Source of the DNA: Coleofasciculus sp. B1-GNL1-01
GTDB lineage: Bacteria; Cyanobacteriota; Cyanobacteriia; Cyanobacteriales; Coleofasciculaceae
Length of the DNA: 20,763 nucleotides
Strand: one strand, 5' to 3'
NCBI GenBank assembly: GCA_040220235.1
Contig: JAVJTO010000008.1
The notes under the pieces were generated by a model, which worked only from the letters and a program-made list of their open reading frames with translations, was not told where the DNA came from and ran no database searches. Shown in pieces: positions 10,815 through 20,680 of the stretch. A program made the position numbers and the translations under genes. Within the stretch, counting starts at the first letter, position 1. Each line of letters opens with the position of its first letter.

Positions 10815-12491
10815 CCGACGAGTCATTTTCTCTAATTTTTCCTTCACCGCTAACTGAACTAACGAATACAACAAAACGACAAACCAAAATCCCGAAAACG
10901 TAAACGCGGCAATTGCCCACCCTGTATGCGGCACTAATAATAATACTGTTCCCGCCAATAATGCAAACCCAGTTACACAAGCATAAATCAAACTCTTAAT
11001 CGCCAAATGAATCCGTTGTAAGGCGCGATCGCTCTCTAAGGAACGCACCCTGACTTGCAGTTCCCCTTGCTCGATTCGGGCTTCTAAGCGGCGAATTAAG
11101 ACTTCTGTAGCACTTGGCTTATTTAACCGATATTTAATAAAATCTCTGGCTTGCCTTGCCAGTTCTTTAACCACATCTCCCCGCCCTTTGGAAACGGTTA
11201 AATTTTTGACAAAGGGTTGACTGGCAGCTAATAAGTTATACTCTGGATTTAAAGCACGGGCAATTCCATCTAATGTAGTTAACGACTTTAAAATAAACGT
11301 CATTTGTGCGGGTAAACGAAACGGTTGCTGCTCAAACATCACATACAACTCATTCCCCAATGCTTCAAATTCCCGCACATCGATGGGCTTTTCCCGAAAC
11401 CGTTCTAAAATAAACCCGACTAAGCGTTTCACCGGGGTCATATCCGGTTGCCGTTCCAGTAACCCCATATAGGTTAAGGTATTCACCACCTCATCAGTAT
11501 CTTTCCGCAGCACGGCAAAAAAGGTCTTAATCATTTGGTCTCTGGCAATGGATTTCACCTCTGCCATTGTGCCAAAGTCATAGAAAATAATACTGCCATC
11601 CTGATCAACTGCCATATTCCCTGGATGCGGATCTGTCTGAAAAAAGCCGTCTTCTAATAACTGTTTTAAGTAACAACAAATTCCCCGTTGAATTATCTCA
11701 TTAGTGTTGATTTCACAGGCTTCTAGGGTTTGGCGATCGTCAATTTTGATTCCGGGCAGATATTCTAACGTGAGTACCTTCTTGGTCGTGTAACGCCAAT
11801 AAACCGTCGGCACCAGAACCCCTGGGTAATTATTAAAATTTTCCCGAAACCGATCCGCATTTTTACCTTCTTGGATATAGTCTACTTCTTGATAGAGTAA
11901 ATCAAAAAATTCGCGATAAATTGCCTCAAGTTTATATTTTCTTACCCAAGGCAAATACCGATTAGCAAATCGCACCAATTCGTGTATAATTTTAAAATCT
12001 AAATTAAATAATCGTTCAATCCCCGGACGCTGTACCTTCACCACCACATCTTCTCCGGTGTGCAGCCGTGCTTTGTGAACTTGCCCCAAACTAGCCGATG
12101 CCAGAGGAAAGGGATCAAACTCCCGATATAATGCATGGATAGACTGACCCAGTTCGACTTCAATCACCGCGATCGCCTCCGCCCCACTAAATGCTGGCAC
12201 CCGATCCTGTAAATGCGCCAATGCCTCGATGTACTCTAAGGGCAGTAAATCAGCACGAGTCGAGAGGGCTTGCCCAATTTTAATAAATGTAGGACCTAAA
12301 TCCAGCAATGTCCCCACCAGCCACTGGGCGCGGCGGTTGCGGTGATTGGGGGTATCATTGGCAATGGTTTTGTCCCACCATAAATAGAACATAAACTTCG
12401 CCGCCGACCGAAAAATGTCAATCTGGCGGGCGAGGGGGGAATACTTTCGTCGTTGCCAACGGGGTGGCTTGGGCTTAGCCTTAGTTAGCAT
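10812..12491 (-). CDS. ABC1/AarF/UbiB family atypical kinase
   Basis: 559 aa; LGPTFIKIGQALSTR, ASASLGQVHKA, VKVQRP, DPHPGN, YDFG; two C-terminal hydrophobic helices. Confidence 0.95.
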   Translation of the reverse strand: MLTKAKPKPPRWQRRKYSPLARQIDIFRSAAKFMFYLWWDKTIANDTPNHRNRRAQWLVGTLLDLGPTFIKIGQALSTRADLLPLEYIEALAHLQDRVPAFSGAEAIAVIEVELGQSIHALYREFDPFPLASASLGQVHKARLHTGEDVVVKVQRPGIERLFNLDFKIIHELVRFANRYLPWVRKYKLEAIYREFFDLLYQEVDYIQEGKNADRFRENFNNYPGVLVPTVYWRYTTKKVLTLEYLPGIKIDDRQTLEACEINTNEIIQRGICCYLKQLLEDGFFQTDPHPGNMAVDQDGSIIFYDFGTMAEVKSIARDQMIKTFFAVLRKDTDEVVNTLTYMGLLERQPDMTPVKRLVGFILERFREKPIDVREFEALGNELYVMFEQQPFRLPAQMTFILKSLTTLDGIARALNPEYNLLAASQPFVKNLTVSKGRGDVVKELARQARDFIKYRLNKPSATEVLIRRLEARIEQGELQVRVRSLESDRALQRIHLAIKSLIYACVTGFALLAGTVLLLVPHTGWAIAAFTFSGFWFVVLLYSLVQLAVKEKLEKMTRR

Positions 12492-12633
12492 TCTGCCTTG
12501 TGCATCTGATGAATGAGGGAACAGGAGCGAGAACCTATTGCTCTCCTCCTTAATACTTTAAGGTTTTATGGCAAAATAGGCTGCGCTAGACAACTTACGA
12601 CTTACCATTTGAGGAAAAATTATCACTTCGTCC

Positions 12634-12761
12634 TAAGCTGTTCGGCATTTAAACCTTAATGTCAATAATGGCGAAAGCCTTGTAGTGCGTTTAGCGAAGC
12701 CATGCCGCAGGCTTTGCATCTTGCTCGCTACTAATACCCAATTTAAATGCATGACAGCTTA
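12634..12761 (+). mobile_element. 128-bp MITE-like element, copy B
   Basis: TIRs TAAGCTGTTCGGCATTTAAA / TTTAAATGCATGACAGCTTA (17/20 match); direct repeat of 10687-10814. Confidence 0.85.
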
Positions 12762-12855
12762 TTTTTCCACAATCTTTACAGAATTCAAGTTTTTCATAAA
12801 CCCAATTTTATGTGGAGTGGGACATGATCAGGATAAGTCTAGAAAGGAGCAATCC

Positions 12856-13083
12856 ATGAAGACAGAAGATGCTTTGGCAGCAGGAGCCACTGTTGGTGCT
12901 GGTGCTTGTGCGACAATTTCTGTTAGCGGAATAACTTCTGGATTAGCGGGAATTGGCGGTGGCATAGCAGTAGGAGGAATCGCTTTAACTGGAGCGTTTC
13001 CTTTCCTTGCAGGAGGTTTGGTTGGCGGTGCGCTGACTTACCTTCTGTGCAATAAGGGCAGTGACTCCTCATCAGCCAGATAA
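12856..13083 (+). CDS. 75-aa Gly/Ala-rich hydrophobic (glycine-zipper-like) small protein
   Basis: AAGGAG at 12844-12849 precedes ATG 12856; multiple GxxxG motifs. The 5' part of the longer track ORF is MITE sequence. Confidence 0.7.
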   Translation: MKTEDALAAGATVGAGACATISVSGITSGLAGIGGGIAVGGIALTGAFPFLAGGLVGGALTYLLCNKGSDSSSAR

Positions 13084-13224
13084 GCATTGTGTTGCAAGCT
13101 CAAAATCTAACCTGAGAATCTCTGTAATAAATCGGGCTAACTGTGGCAGAAAGAAATCAGAAACTTTCTGCCCATTTTTATCTTTTGCTATACAATACCC
13201 CTAGACCCAACCACGAGGCGATCT

Positions 13225-13656
13225 GTGTCCTCAACCAATCAGCCCTCTGAAACCAACCCCTCTGAACAACTATCCCAGCCCGAGGTTGACCAGCAAGTCC
13301 GTCAAGCCAAAACCCAAGCTCGCAAAGAGGAAGTTCTAGAAATTTACGAGGATTTATTGGGAACGATTTGGCATCGCATTTTGCCAACTCTAGGGCGCGT
13401 CACAGTGATAGCAATCATGGATCGGGCGCTAGCTATTACTCAAGACGATTACCCCCTCATTGAACATTTGCATACCACCGCTCAAGGAATAGACTTTGAG
13501 CCGCTACGTCAGCGCTTAGGCGAAGAAGAACGGCTTTTACTCCGAGATGCACTCAAGGAACTCATTGCCAACCTGATTGATATTCTCGCCATGCTCACAG
13601 GTGATATTTTAGTTCGCCAACTGCTCAGAGATATTGAAGAGAGGAAGCTGCTATGA
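13225..13656 (+). CDS. Hypothetical alpha-helical protein, first gene of the KaiC-like operon
   Basis: 143 aa, GTG start; its stop overlaps the next start (ATGA, 13653-13656). Confidence 0.8.
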   Translation: MSSTNQPSETNPSEQLSQPEVDQQVRQAKTQARKEEVLEIYEDLLGTIWHRILPTLGRVTVIAIMDRALAITQDDYPLIEHLHTTAQGIDFEPLRQRLGEEERLLLRDALKELIANLIDILAMLTGDILVRQLLRDIEERKLL

Positions 13657-15314
13657 GTCAACAGAGTCGCAAACCCTTGGGCAAAATCCCCACCAATATT
13701 CCAGGTTTAGATAGCATCCTCGCGGGTGGTTTTCCGGAACTGTCGATTAATATTATTACCGGATCGCCAGGTGCAGGGAAAACAATTTTTAGTCAACAGT
13801 TAATTTATACCAATGCAACTCCAACTCAGAAAGCACTCTATTTAACCACCCTGTCTGAGCCACCGATCAAAATGCTCTATTATCTTCAGCAATTTGATTT
13901 CTTTGACCGGGATAAAGTGGGAGAACAGGTGATTTATCTGGATATTGGTGAAGTGATTCGCGATCGCGGACTAGATGAGACACTGAATGCGATTCTTAAC
14001 TATGTCCAGCAGTATAAACCTGCCATCGTTGGTATCGATAGCTTTAAAGCGATCAACGACATGGTACAAGATCCCGTGCAAGCGCGGAAATTTGGCTATG
14101 ATCTCTCTGTGCGTCTCACCACCTGGGCAGTTACAACGCTACTCGTTGGTGAATACACGGAGGATGAAATCGAGCAACAGCCCATTTTTGCGATCGCAGA
14201 TAGTATTATTCGTATGCAGTATCAGCCCTTGGGCTTGCACTACCAGCGCTACATTAATGTCCTTAAACTCCGAGGCTGTGACTATTTTAGCGGGATGCAT
14301 CCCTTTAAAATCAATAATGCAGGTCTAAGGGTTTATCCCCGAATTAAACTGTCTATAACTGCACCCCCTGCATCACTCCAGACTGGACGAGTCAGCACTG
14401 GGATTATCGGCTTAGATCAAATGCTAGCAGGTGGATTTCCGGCGGGAAGTGCCACAATGGTAGCAGGTGGGGCAGGTACAGGCAAAACCTTACTGGGACT
14501 CAACTTTATTACCACTGGGATCAAAGAAAATGAACCGGGTGTAATTGTTTCCTTTCAAGAAAACCCTCAACAACTACAACAGATTGCCGATTCATTTAAC
14601 TGGAATTTGCTCAGGCTAGCGGCTGAGGATCAATTAATTCATCTCTATCATTCTCCGGTTGAAATTCAGCCAGATATTCATGCCGCTTATATCCTTGATG
14701 CTGTCGAAAAAATTGGCGCTAAACGGGTTTTGCTCGACTCAATCAAAGATATCGAAATTGCTACACCCGATAAGGTTCGCTACAAGGATTATATCTATGC
14801 CCTCGTCAATCAACTCAAACTTCAGGGAATTACCATAATAATGAATCATGAAATACCTGAACTTTTTGGGGATTTTCAAGTGAGTGAATATGGCGTCTCA
14901 TTCATTGCCGATAATGTTATTTTGCTGCGTTATGTAGAATTATCTGGAGAAATGGGACGGGCAATCAATATTATGAAAATGCGTGGCTCTCAACATAGCA
15001 AAGAAATCCGTCGCTTTGAAATTAATGATACAGGACTGTTGATTGGCGATATGATGACGGCTCAAACGGGTATCTTGACCGGACTTCCGATTCTCAGTGC
15101 TATACCGCATTCTACAATCAATGATTTGCCAGCGCGATCGCAATATCTCCTCAAAACATTACAACAAAAGGGAACCAGCACTGTAGCGGAATTAGCAACT
15201 CAAACGGGATTGCCAGAGTCAGATGTAGAACAGGAGATGGAAGAGTTACAAGATCAAGGGTTGATCTTATCTTTGAATCGCAATAACCTGAAGTATTACC
15301 GAGTTACTATTTAA
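13653..15314 (+). CDS. KaiC/RAD55-like double-domain ATPase with C-terminal winged helix-turn-helix
   Basis: Walker A GSPGAGKT and GGAGTGKT; Walker B VGIDS and VLLDS; KLRG/KMRG motifs; tail LLKTLQQKGTSTVAELATQTGLPESDVEQEMEELQDQGLI. Confidence 0.9.
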   Translation: MSQQSRKPLGKIPTNIPGLDSILAGGFPELSINIITGSPGAGKTIFSQQLIYTNATPTQKALYLTTLSEPPIKMLYYLQQFDFFDRDKVGEQVIYLDIGEVIRDRGLDETLNAILNYVQQYKPAIVGIDSFKAINDMVQDPVQARKFGYDLSVRLTTWAVTTLLVGEYTEDEIEQQPIFAIADSIIRMQYQPLGLHYQRYINVLKLRGCDYFSGMHPFKINNAGLRVYPRIKLSITAPPASLQTGRVSTGIIGLDQMLAGGFPAGSATMVAGGAGTGKTLLGLNFITTGIKENEPGVIVSFQENPQQLQQIADSFNWNLLRLAAEDQLIHLYHSPVEIQPDIHAAYILDAVEKIGAKRVLLDSIKDIEIATPDKVRYKDYIYALVNQLKLQGITIIMNHEIPELFGDFQVSEYGVSFIADNVILLRYVELSGEMGRAINIMKMRGSQHSKEIRRFEINDTGLLIGDMMTAQTGILTGLPILSAIPHSTINDLPARSQYLLKTLQQKGTSTVAELATQTGLPESDVEQEMEELQDQGLILSLNRNNLKYYRVTI

Positions 15315-15390
15315 ACACAAAAGTGAATCTAAATAGTTCTAAACCCTGGCAAATGACGTAGCTTGCTTCTCGATAAAAGCAAGTATAACA

Positions 15391-15418
15391 AATAACGAAT
15401 GACCAATAACGAATGACC
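15391..15418 (+). repeat. Short heptamer array (AATAACG AATGACC)x2 containing the start codon of the next gene
   Basis: Read directly; ATG at 15413. Confidence 0.7.
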
Positions 15419-17575
15419 AACAAAGACATTCGCTTAATTTCTACAGGCATCCGCAATCTTGATACCATCTTGGGTGGCGGAATTCCCCTCTACTCAATGA
15501 ATATTATTGCCGGATCTCCAGGAGGCGGTAAGACAATCTTAGCCCAGCAAATTTTATTTGAGACGATTCGGAGACAGCCTAATGATAAAACTCTCTATTT
15601 AACGACTTTATCCGAACCCATGCTCAAGGTAGTACGGTATGGTCAACGATTAAATTTTTTTGATGCTGACCAGTTTGGCGAACGGGTAATCTACCATGAT
15701 ATTGGCAGCTTTATTTACGAGCAGCCCCTCTCCGGTTTAGTGGATCATATTCTGCAACGAGTGAATCAATCTCAGGCGCAGGTGTTAGTAATTGACTCCT
15801 TTAAAGCAATTCGAGACTCGGTGGATAATCCCGTCGAATTTCGCCGCTTTTGTTATTTACTCTCGGTGCGGTTAGCTAGCGCCCGATGTACAAGTTTTTT
15901 GATTACAGAGAGCGATTGCAGCCGTATTAACCATGATCCAGAATTTGCGATCGCGGATGGAATTATTTACCTGTTTATGGCAGAACAAAACCAAGAACAG
16001 CGCCGTTTTCTGCAAGTGTACAAACTCCGGGGAATGAATCCCAAAATGAATCCGATTCCGTTCACTATCACCGCCGACGGTGTGCAGGTATTTACCTCTG
16101 CTTTAGCTATCAGTCAGCAACCCATTCCTGAAAAGGTATCTAGTCAACCTTTATCGACAGGCATTTTCGGGTTAGATTGTTTACTGCAAGGGGGAATTCC
16201 TCAAGGCTATTCGGTGATGGTTTCCGGTTTTTCTGGTGCTGGAAAAACCACATTAGCGCTACAGTTTTTACTTCAAGGCGTTGAGGCGGGTGAGACAGGA
16301 TTGCTGTTTTATTTTGAGGATAGTCGTCATTCTCTAGACAGTCTGATTCATCGCTTGGGTTGGGACTTAGCTTCCTTAGAAGCCCAAGGCTGGTTAACCA
16401 TTATTTCTATCCCCCATCCTCAAATTCGGCTTGAGGAACAGTTGGAACAAATCCGAGAAGCTATTCAAACCTTAAAGCCAAAACGATTTGTTATTGATTC
16501 CTTTTCTGTGTTCCTCAGTAAAACAGAGCATCATGTCATTCAACGCGAAAAAACCTACATCATTACTACTTTAATTCAGCAGGTTGGTGCTGTCGGTCTG
16601 TTAATTTCAGATCAAGTGATAGATGACAGCCAAAGCCATTCCCACTTCGGTGTCCAAGGAACCGTAGTCGATGGTATTCTTGTCCTATCTAGCGCCATCG
16701 TGCCGCACTTAGGATTTAGGGATGGAATTCGCCGATATCGCTATCTGGAAGTCCTGAAAATGCGTAGTGTCAACCATATTACCGGACGACACCGGATGCA
16801 CATTACTCCCACCGGAATTGAGGTACTGTATCTCAAAGCAACGGCTGTCTCGGAAAACACCTCTGTGATTCCAAAACCCTTACAATTTTCCCTGGTTCAA
16901 GACTTGGTACAAGAACAACTCCGGTTTAATCAAGCTTGGTTAGTTCAGGGAGAACCGGGTTTAGGCAAGAGTATCTTAGGCTTACAGTTTGCTATTGAAG
17001 GATTGCAACATCAAGACTCGGTTCTCTATATCAGCGCTGATGTCAGATTTCACCAGGTATGTGAAAGGTTTTCTAGTCTGAATCTATTGCCACAATCTTA
17101 TTTACAATCGGGACAATTAGTTATTTTAGATCCCTTATCTCCCGGAAAAACAGCGATCAGTTTAAGTGATCCGGAATTCTTGCTCTACATCCTAACGTGC
17201 CAACTTGAGCAGATGTCAAAACCCTGTCGCATTATATTTGATTCCCTGGTTCCCGTCGCCATCAACTGTTCTGTAGAGGAATTTTTGAGTTTCATTGATG
17301 ATAAAAATAGACTTCTGAACCATCCAGATGTTGTTCTTTTAGATATTTGGGATCAACGAATTGGTATAACCGACAAAGGGTATAGCCTCTGGAATACCTT
17401 TGATGGCATTATTAACTTGAGTATTCCCGATTGGGGAGAAATGAATCAACGAGGTAATCGCGGTTATCCCACGTTACAACTGCAAAAACTACGCGGATCA
17501 CTGATCGATCCTCGCCCTTATCCCTATAAGATTTCATTACCTCAAGGTATCGTGTTACAAAATTACTATGACTAG
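15413..17575 (+). CDS. KaiC/RAD55-like ATPase with three tandem RecA-fold domains
   Basis: 720 aa; Walker [25 protein letters not shown]; Walker B LVIDS, FVIDS, IIFDS; KLRG, KMRS, KLRG motifs. Confidence 0.88.
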   Translation: MTNKDIRLISTGIRNLDTILGGGIPLYSMNIIAGSPGGGKTILAQQILFETIRRQPNDKTLYLTTLSEPMLKVVRYGQRLNFFDADQFGERVIYHDIGSFIYEQPLSGLVDHILQRVNQSQAQVLVIDSFKAIRDSVDNPVEFRRFCYLLSVRLASARCTSFLITESDCSRINHDPEFAIADGIIYLFMAEQNQEQRRFLQVYKLRGMNPKMNPIPFTITADGVQVFTSALAISQQPIPEKVSSQPLSTGIFGLDCLLQGGIPQGYSVMVSGFSGAGKTTLALQFLLQGVEAGETGLLFYFEDSRHSLDSLIHRLGWDLASLEAQGWLTIISIPHPQIRLEEQLEQIREAIQTLKPKRFVIDSFSVFLSKTEHHVIQREKTYIITTLIQQVGAVGLLISDQVIDDSQSHSHFGVQGTVVDGILVLSSAIVPHLGFRDGIRRYRYLEVLKMRSVNHITGRHRMHITPTGIEVLYLKATAVSENTSVIPKPLQFSLVQDLVQEQLRFNQAWLVQGEPGLGKSILGLQFAIEGLQHQDSVLYISADVRFHQVCERFSSLNLLPQSYLQSGQLVILDPLSPGKTAISLSDPEFLLYILTCQLEQMSKPCRIIFDSLVPVAINCSVEEFLSFIDDKNRLLNHPDVVLLDIWDQRIGITDKGYSLWNTFDGIINLSIPDWGEMNQRGNRGYPTLQLQKLRGSLIDPRPYPYKISLPQGIVLQNYYD

Positions 17576-17583
17576 GAAGGGGA

Positions 17584-17715
17584 ATGGGTAATGGGCAATG
17601 GGCAATGGGCAATAGGCAATGGGCAATGGGCAATGGGCAATGGGCAATGGGCAATAGGCAATGGGCAATGGGCAATAGGCAATAGGCAATGGGCAATAGG
17701 CAATAGGCAATGGGC
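17584..17715 (+). repeat. STRR-type heptamer array (GGCAATG/GGCAATA)n
   Basis: About 18 units directly after the triple-KaiC stop codon. Confidence 0.95.
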
Positions 17716-17729
17716 TTCCCCATCTTCCC

Positions 17730-17753
17730 AGACGCGCCATGGCGCGTCTCTAC
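17730..17753. repeat. REP-like palindrome AGACGCGCCATGGCGCGTCT(CTAC)
   Basis: Perfect 20-bp palindrome, GTAG-flanked on the minus strand, just downstream of the kinase stop. Confidence 0.8.
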
Positions 17754-17763
17754 ATTGCTTCCA

Positions 17764-20319
17764 CTACTTATCCTCTGGCGGTACAAGCAAGCGATTTTTA
17801 ACTTTACGCTCCCGAAACCTAATCTGAAACTGTGTCCCCTGGCTGCAATCAAGTTCCACCGTACCTTTGAGTTGTCGCGTCAGATCACAAACAAGCTGCA
17901 TTCCCAAAGAATCTGTGCGGCGAAAGTCTAACGCTTCGGGAAAGCCGATTCCATTATCCCAAACACTGAGGACATAGTGATGTGGCTCTAGGGTATGTAG
18001 TGAAACACCCACCTCTCCAGACTTATCATCGGGAAAAGCATATTTTAAGGAATTGGTGATCAGTTCATTGAGAATTAAGCCACAAGGTACAGCCGTGTCT
18101 ATATTTAAGCCAATCGGCTCAATATCAAAATGAATCGCGATAGACTGACGGCGACGGCTGTAAGCACTGACAATCGTATTGACTAATCTTTCGATATAAT
18201 CCTTGACTGGAATCTGAGATAAATCGGTAGCATCGTAGAGAATTTCGTGGATCATTGCCATGGATTTAACCCGATTTTGGCTGTCTTTTAGAATTGTTAA
18301 AAGCCGTTGATCGGTTACCTGTAAAGACTGCAAGGTAAACAGACTTGCCACAATCATCAGGTTATTTTTCACGCGATGGTGAATTTCTTTGAGGAGGATT
18401 TCTTTTTCGCGCAATGATGCCTGAAGTCGCGCTTCTGCTTGCTTGCGATCGCTAATATCTTCAATGTGGGCAATATATTGAAGTGGCTGTTCATTTAAAT
18501 CGCGGATTAATCCTAGGCAAATAATGCAGGGGATGAGATAACCCTCTCGATGTTTTAACCGCTGTTCCCATTGAATTGAGTCGTTATCTCCTTGCTGCAA
18601 CTGCTGATAGTAGAACGGATAGGATGCGGAATTATTTTCATCAAGGATATCCTGCCAAGATAATTCCCTAAACTCCTCTGCCGAATACCCTAATATTTTG
18701 TAAAAGGTGTAATTCATGGAAATAAACTGACCTGATAAATCTGTCGTAATAATTCCAATAGGCGCTTGCTCTAAAGTTAAACGCATTAGTTTTTCCCGTT
18801 GGTGCAGTTTCGCCTGAGTTTGACGGAGTAAACGTTCAACCCCTTTGAGTTGGGTAATATCACGAGCGACGCCAAGGACACCTGTAACGGTTCCGGCTTC
18901 ATTCTTCAAGGGAAAAAATGCCGTATCTAACCACATTACACAGGAAGGATGCAGTAAACGGTCTTCAATTCGTGAGGGTAAGCCTGTGCTTAATACCTTG
19001 TGTAAACTGGAATCTAGCCGATCAAATTTGTTGAGGATAAAAAACTGATCAAAGGGCTTGTTAATTAAAGCTTGAGGGACAAAGCCTAACAGGTTAGCGC
19101 CAAACTCATTAATGTACGTCAACGTCATGTTTGTATCGATCGTAAAAATTATATCTTGGGAGGATTCAGCTAAAGTTCGATACTGTTTTTCACTGTGGCG
19201 TAGAGCCTGTTCTAGTTGTTTTTGCGACGTAATATCCCGAATTAACCAGTGGAATCCTACGACATTACCCTGATCATCTTTTAGAGTTCTCCGTCTGACA
19301 GCGGCGGTGAATTTTATCCCGTTTTGCCACGGCTGTTTTAAGGTTAATTCTTGGGGATGCTGTAGTGTGATTGAATCGTCTTTAGTGAAAAATTTACGAT
19401 ACTTTTTCCGATCGATTGGAGCAATAAATAAGACTAAAGTCTTGCCAATTAAGGATTTTTCTGCCAAGTTTAACAATTTAATAATAGAGTTGTTTGCTTC
19501 TTGAATAAAACCTTGCTTGTCTGTCACAAGATAACCATCGGGAGCAAATTCAAATAAATCTTGATACCGTTTTTGTTCGCGTTCAGCTATAGTTTGAGCC
19601 TGAATAAGTTCGTCATTTTGGCATCGTAGTTCTTCTTCCTGTCGCCTGATATCTACTAGGATGTCTTCTAATTCTTGATTAAGAACATTCTGTTTAGCCG
19701 TGCGGACTGCCACTTTCCATTCTAGGTCTTGATTCAACTGCTCTAGAGCCAATTCAGCTTGCTTGCGTTGCGTGATATCCAGCAGACAGCCGACAATTTT
19801 GAGAGGATTGCCGTCCTTATCCCGGATCAGTTTTAAACGGTCATTTAACCAGCGATAGTCACCATTTTTATGGCGAAAACGATAGTCAAGGGTATGATGT
19901 TCTTGAGTAAATAAGTAAGGAAGCTCGGCAAACACTTGGGGTAGATCATCGGGATGGATGTGACTGAGAAAGGAATCATAATTTTGATAGAAATAGTCCG
20001 GCGTATAACCCAATAAATCCTGAGCATTTTGAGTGATATAGGTAGCCCGGTAGTCACCTCCGGGCTGGCAGGTATAGAGGATGCCTTGACTCTGATTCAG
20101 CAGTTCGTTGATTTCGCTTGGGTCAGAGAATATATCACGATTGTGCTGTTTTTGAATAAATTGATAAAAGCAGAAACTGCTGATGAGAATAAAGAGTAAT
20201 TCTTTTAACGTTTGCAGGTAAGTTAAGATAATGGGACGCTCTATCAAGTGAGCCAACAAATAATCGGATAAACTAATCCATAGGATTGCTATTACAACAT
20301 AGAATTTAATAAATCGCAT
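17764..20319 (-). CDS. Membrane-anchored multi-PAS sensor histidine kinase (HisKA_2 type)
   Basis: 851 aa; two N-terminal TM helices; four PAS/PAC units ending DITQRK, DITSQK, DITQLK, DISDRK; coiled coil; H-box [34 protein letters not shown]. Confidence 0.93.
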   Translation of the reverse strand: MRFIKFYVVIAILWISLSDYLLAHLIERPIILTYLQTLKELLFILISSFCFYQFIQKQHNRDIFSDPSEINELLNQSQGILYTCQPGGDYRATYITQNAQDLLGYTPDYFYQNYDSFLSHIHPDDLPQVFAELPYLFTQEHHTLDYRFRHKNGDYRWLNDRLKLIRDKDGNPLKIVGCLLDITQRKQAELALEQLNQDLEWKVAVRTAKQNVLNQELEDILVDIRRQEEELRCQNDELIQAQTIAEREQKRYQDLFEFAPDGYLVTDKQGFIQEANNSIIKLLNLAEKSLIGKTLVLFIAPIDRKKYRKFFTKDDSITLQHPQELTLKQPWQNGIKFTAAVRRRTLKDDQGNVVGFHWLIRDITSQKQLEQALRHSEKQYRTLAESSQDIIFTIDTNMTLTYINEFGANLLGFVPQALINKPFDQFFILNKFDRLDSSLHKVLSTGLPSRIEDRLLHPSCVMWLDTAFFPLKNEAGTVTGVLGVARDITQLKGVERLLRQTQAKLHQREKLMRLTLEQAPIGIITTDLSGQFISMNYTFYKILGYSAEEFRELSWQDILDENNSASYPFYYQQLQQGDNDSIQWEQRLKHREGYLIPCIICLGLIRDLNEQPLQYIAHIEDISDRKQAEARLQASLREKEILLKEIHHRVKNNLMIVASLFTLQSLQVTDQRLLTILKDSQNRVKSMAMIHEILYDATDLSQIPVKDYIERLVNTIVSAYSRRRQSIAIHFDIEPIGLNIDTAVPCGLILNELITNSLKYAFPDDKSGEVGVSLHTLEPHHYVLSVWDNGIGFPEALDFRRTDSLGMQLVCDLTRQLKGTVELDCSQGTQFQIRFRERKVKNRLLVPPEDK

Positions 20320-20333
20320 TTGCTTTTATAGAA

Positions 20334-20492
20334 TACAGCAGTTTGCTCTGCTATGCGGTACATTGTCTATCCCCCTAAATCCCCCATGGAACAAAAAGCG
20401 AAGCATCCTTCGGCTTCCCCCTTTGAAAGGGGGACGGGAGGGGGATGGGGGACTTTGATCTACTGTACTTTATTACAGCGCTTTGTGCTGTA
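20334..20492. mobile_element. 159-bp MITE-like element
   Basis: Imperfect 29-bp TIRs TACAGCA...GTACA / TGTAC...TGCTGTA (19/29) with TA ends; internal CCCCCTAAATCCCCC...GGGGGAC repeat. Confidence 0.6.
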
Positions 20493-20496
20493 AGTT

Positions 20497-20680
20497 CCAT
20501 TACCCATTACCCATTGCCTATTGCCCATTGCCCATTACCCATTGCCTATACCATATTCCCCATTCACTATACCCCATAGCCCATTGCCTATTCCCTATTC
20601 CCCATACCCTATTCCCCATAGCCCATTGCCCATTGCCCATAGCCAATTTCCCATTGCCCAATGACCATTACCAATTCCAC
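20497..20680 (-). repeat. Degenerate STRR heptamer array (CCCATTG/CCTATTG)n, inverted relative to 17584-17715
   Basis: Read directly; many variant units. Confidence 0.9.

Noticed and set aside
12685..12855. N-terminal extension of the 132-aa ORF
   Set aside because: Begins inside MITE copy B; the ATG at 12856 has a clear RBS.
13653..17575. Canonical circadian kaiC genes
   Set aside because: No kaiA/kaiB, FEE motifs and the ST pair are not conserved, and extra domains are present; gene symbol withheld.
17412..17931. Short ORFs rich in PIAYC / GNGQWA
   Set aside because: Artifacts of the heptamer array; the same applies to 20483-20704.
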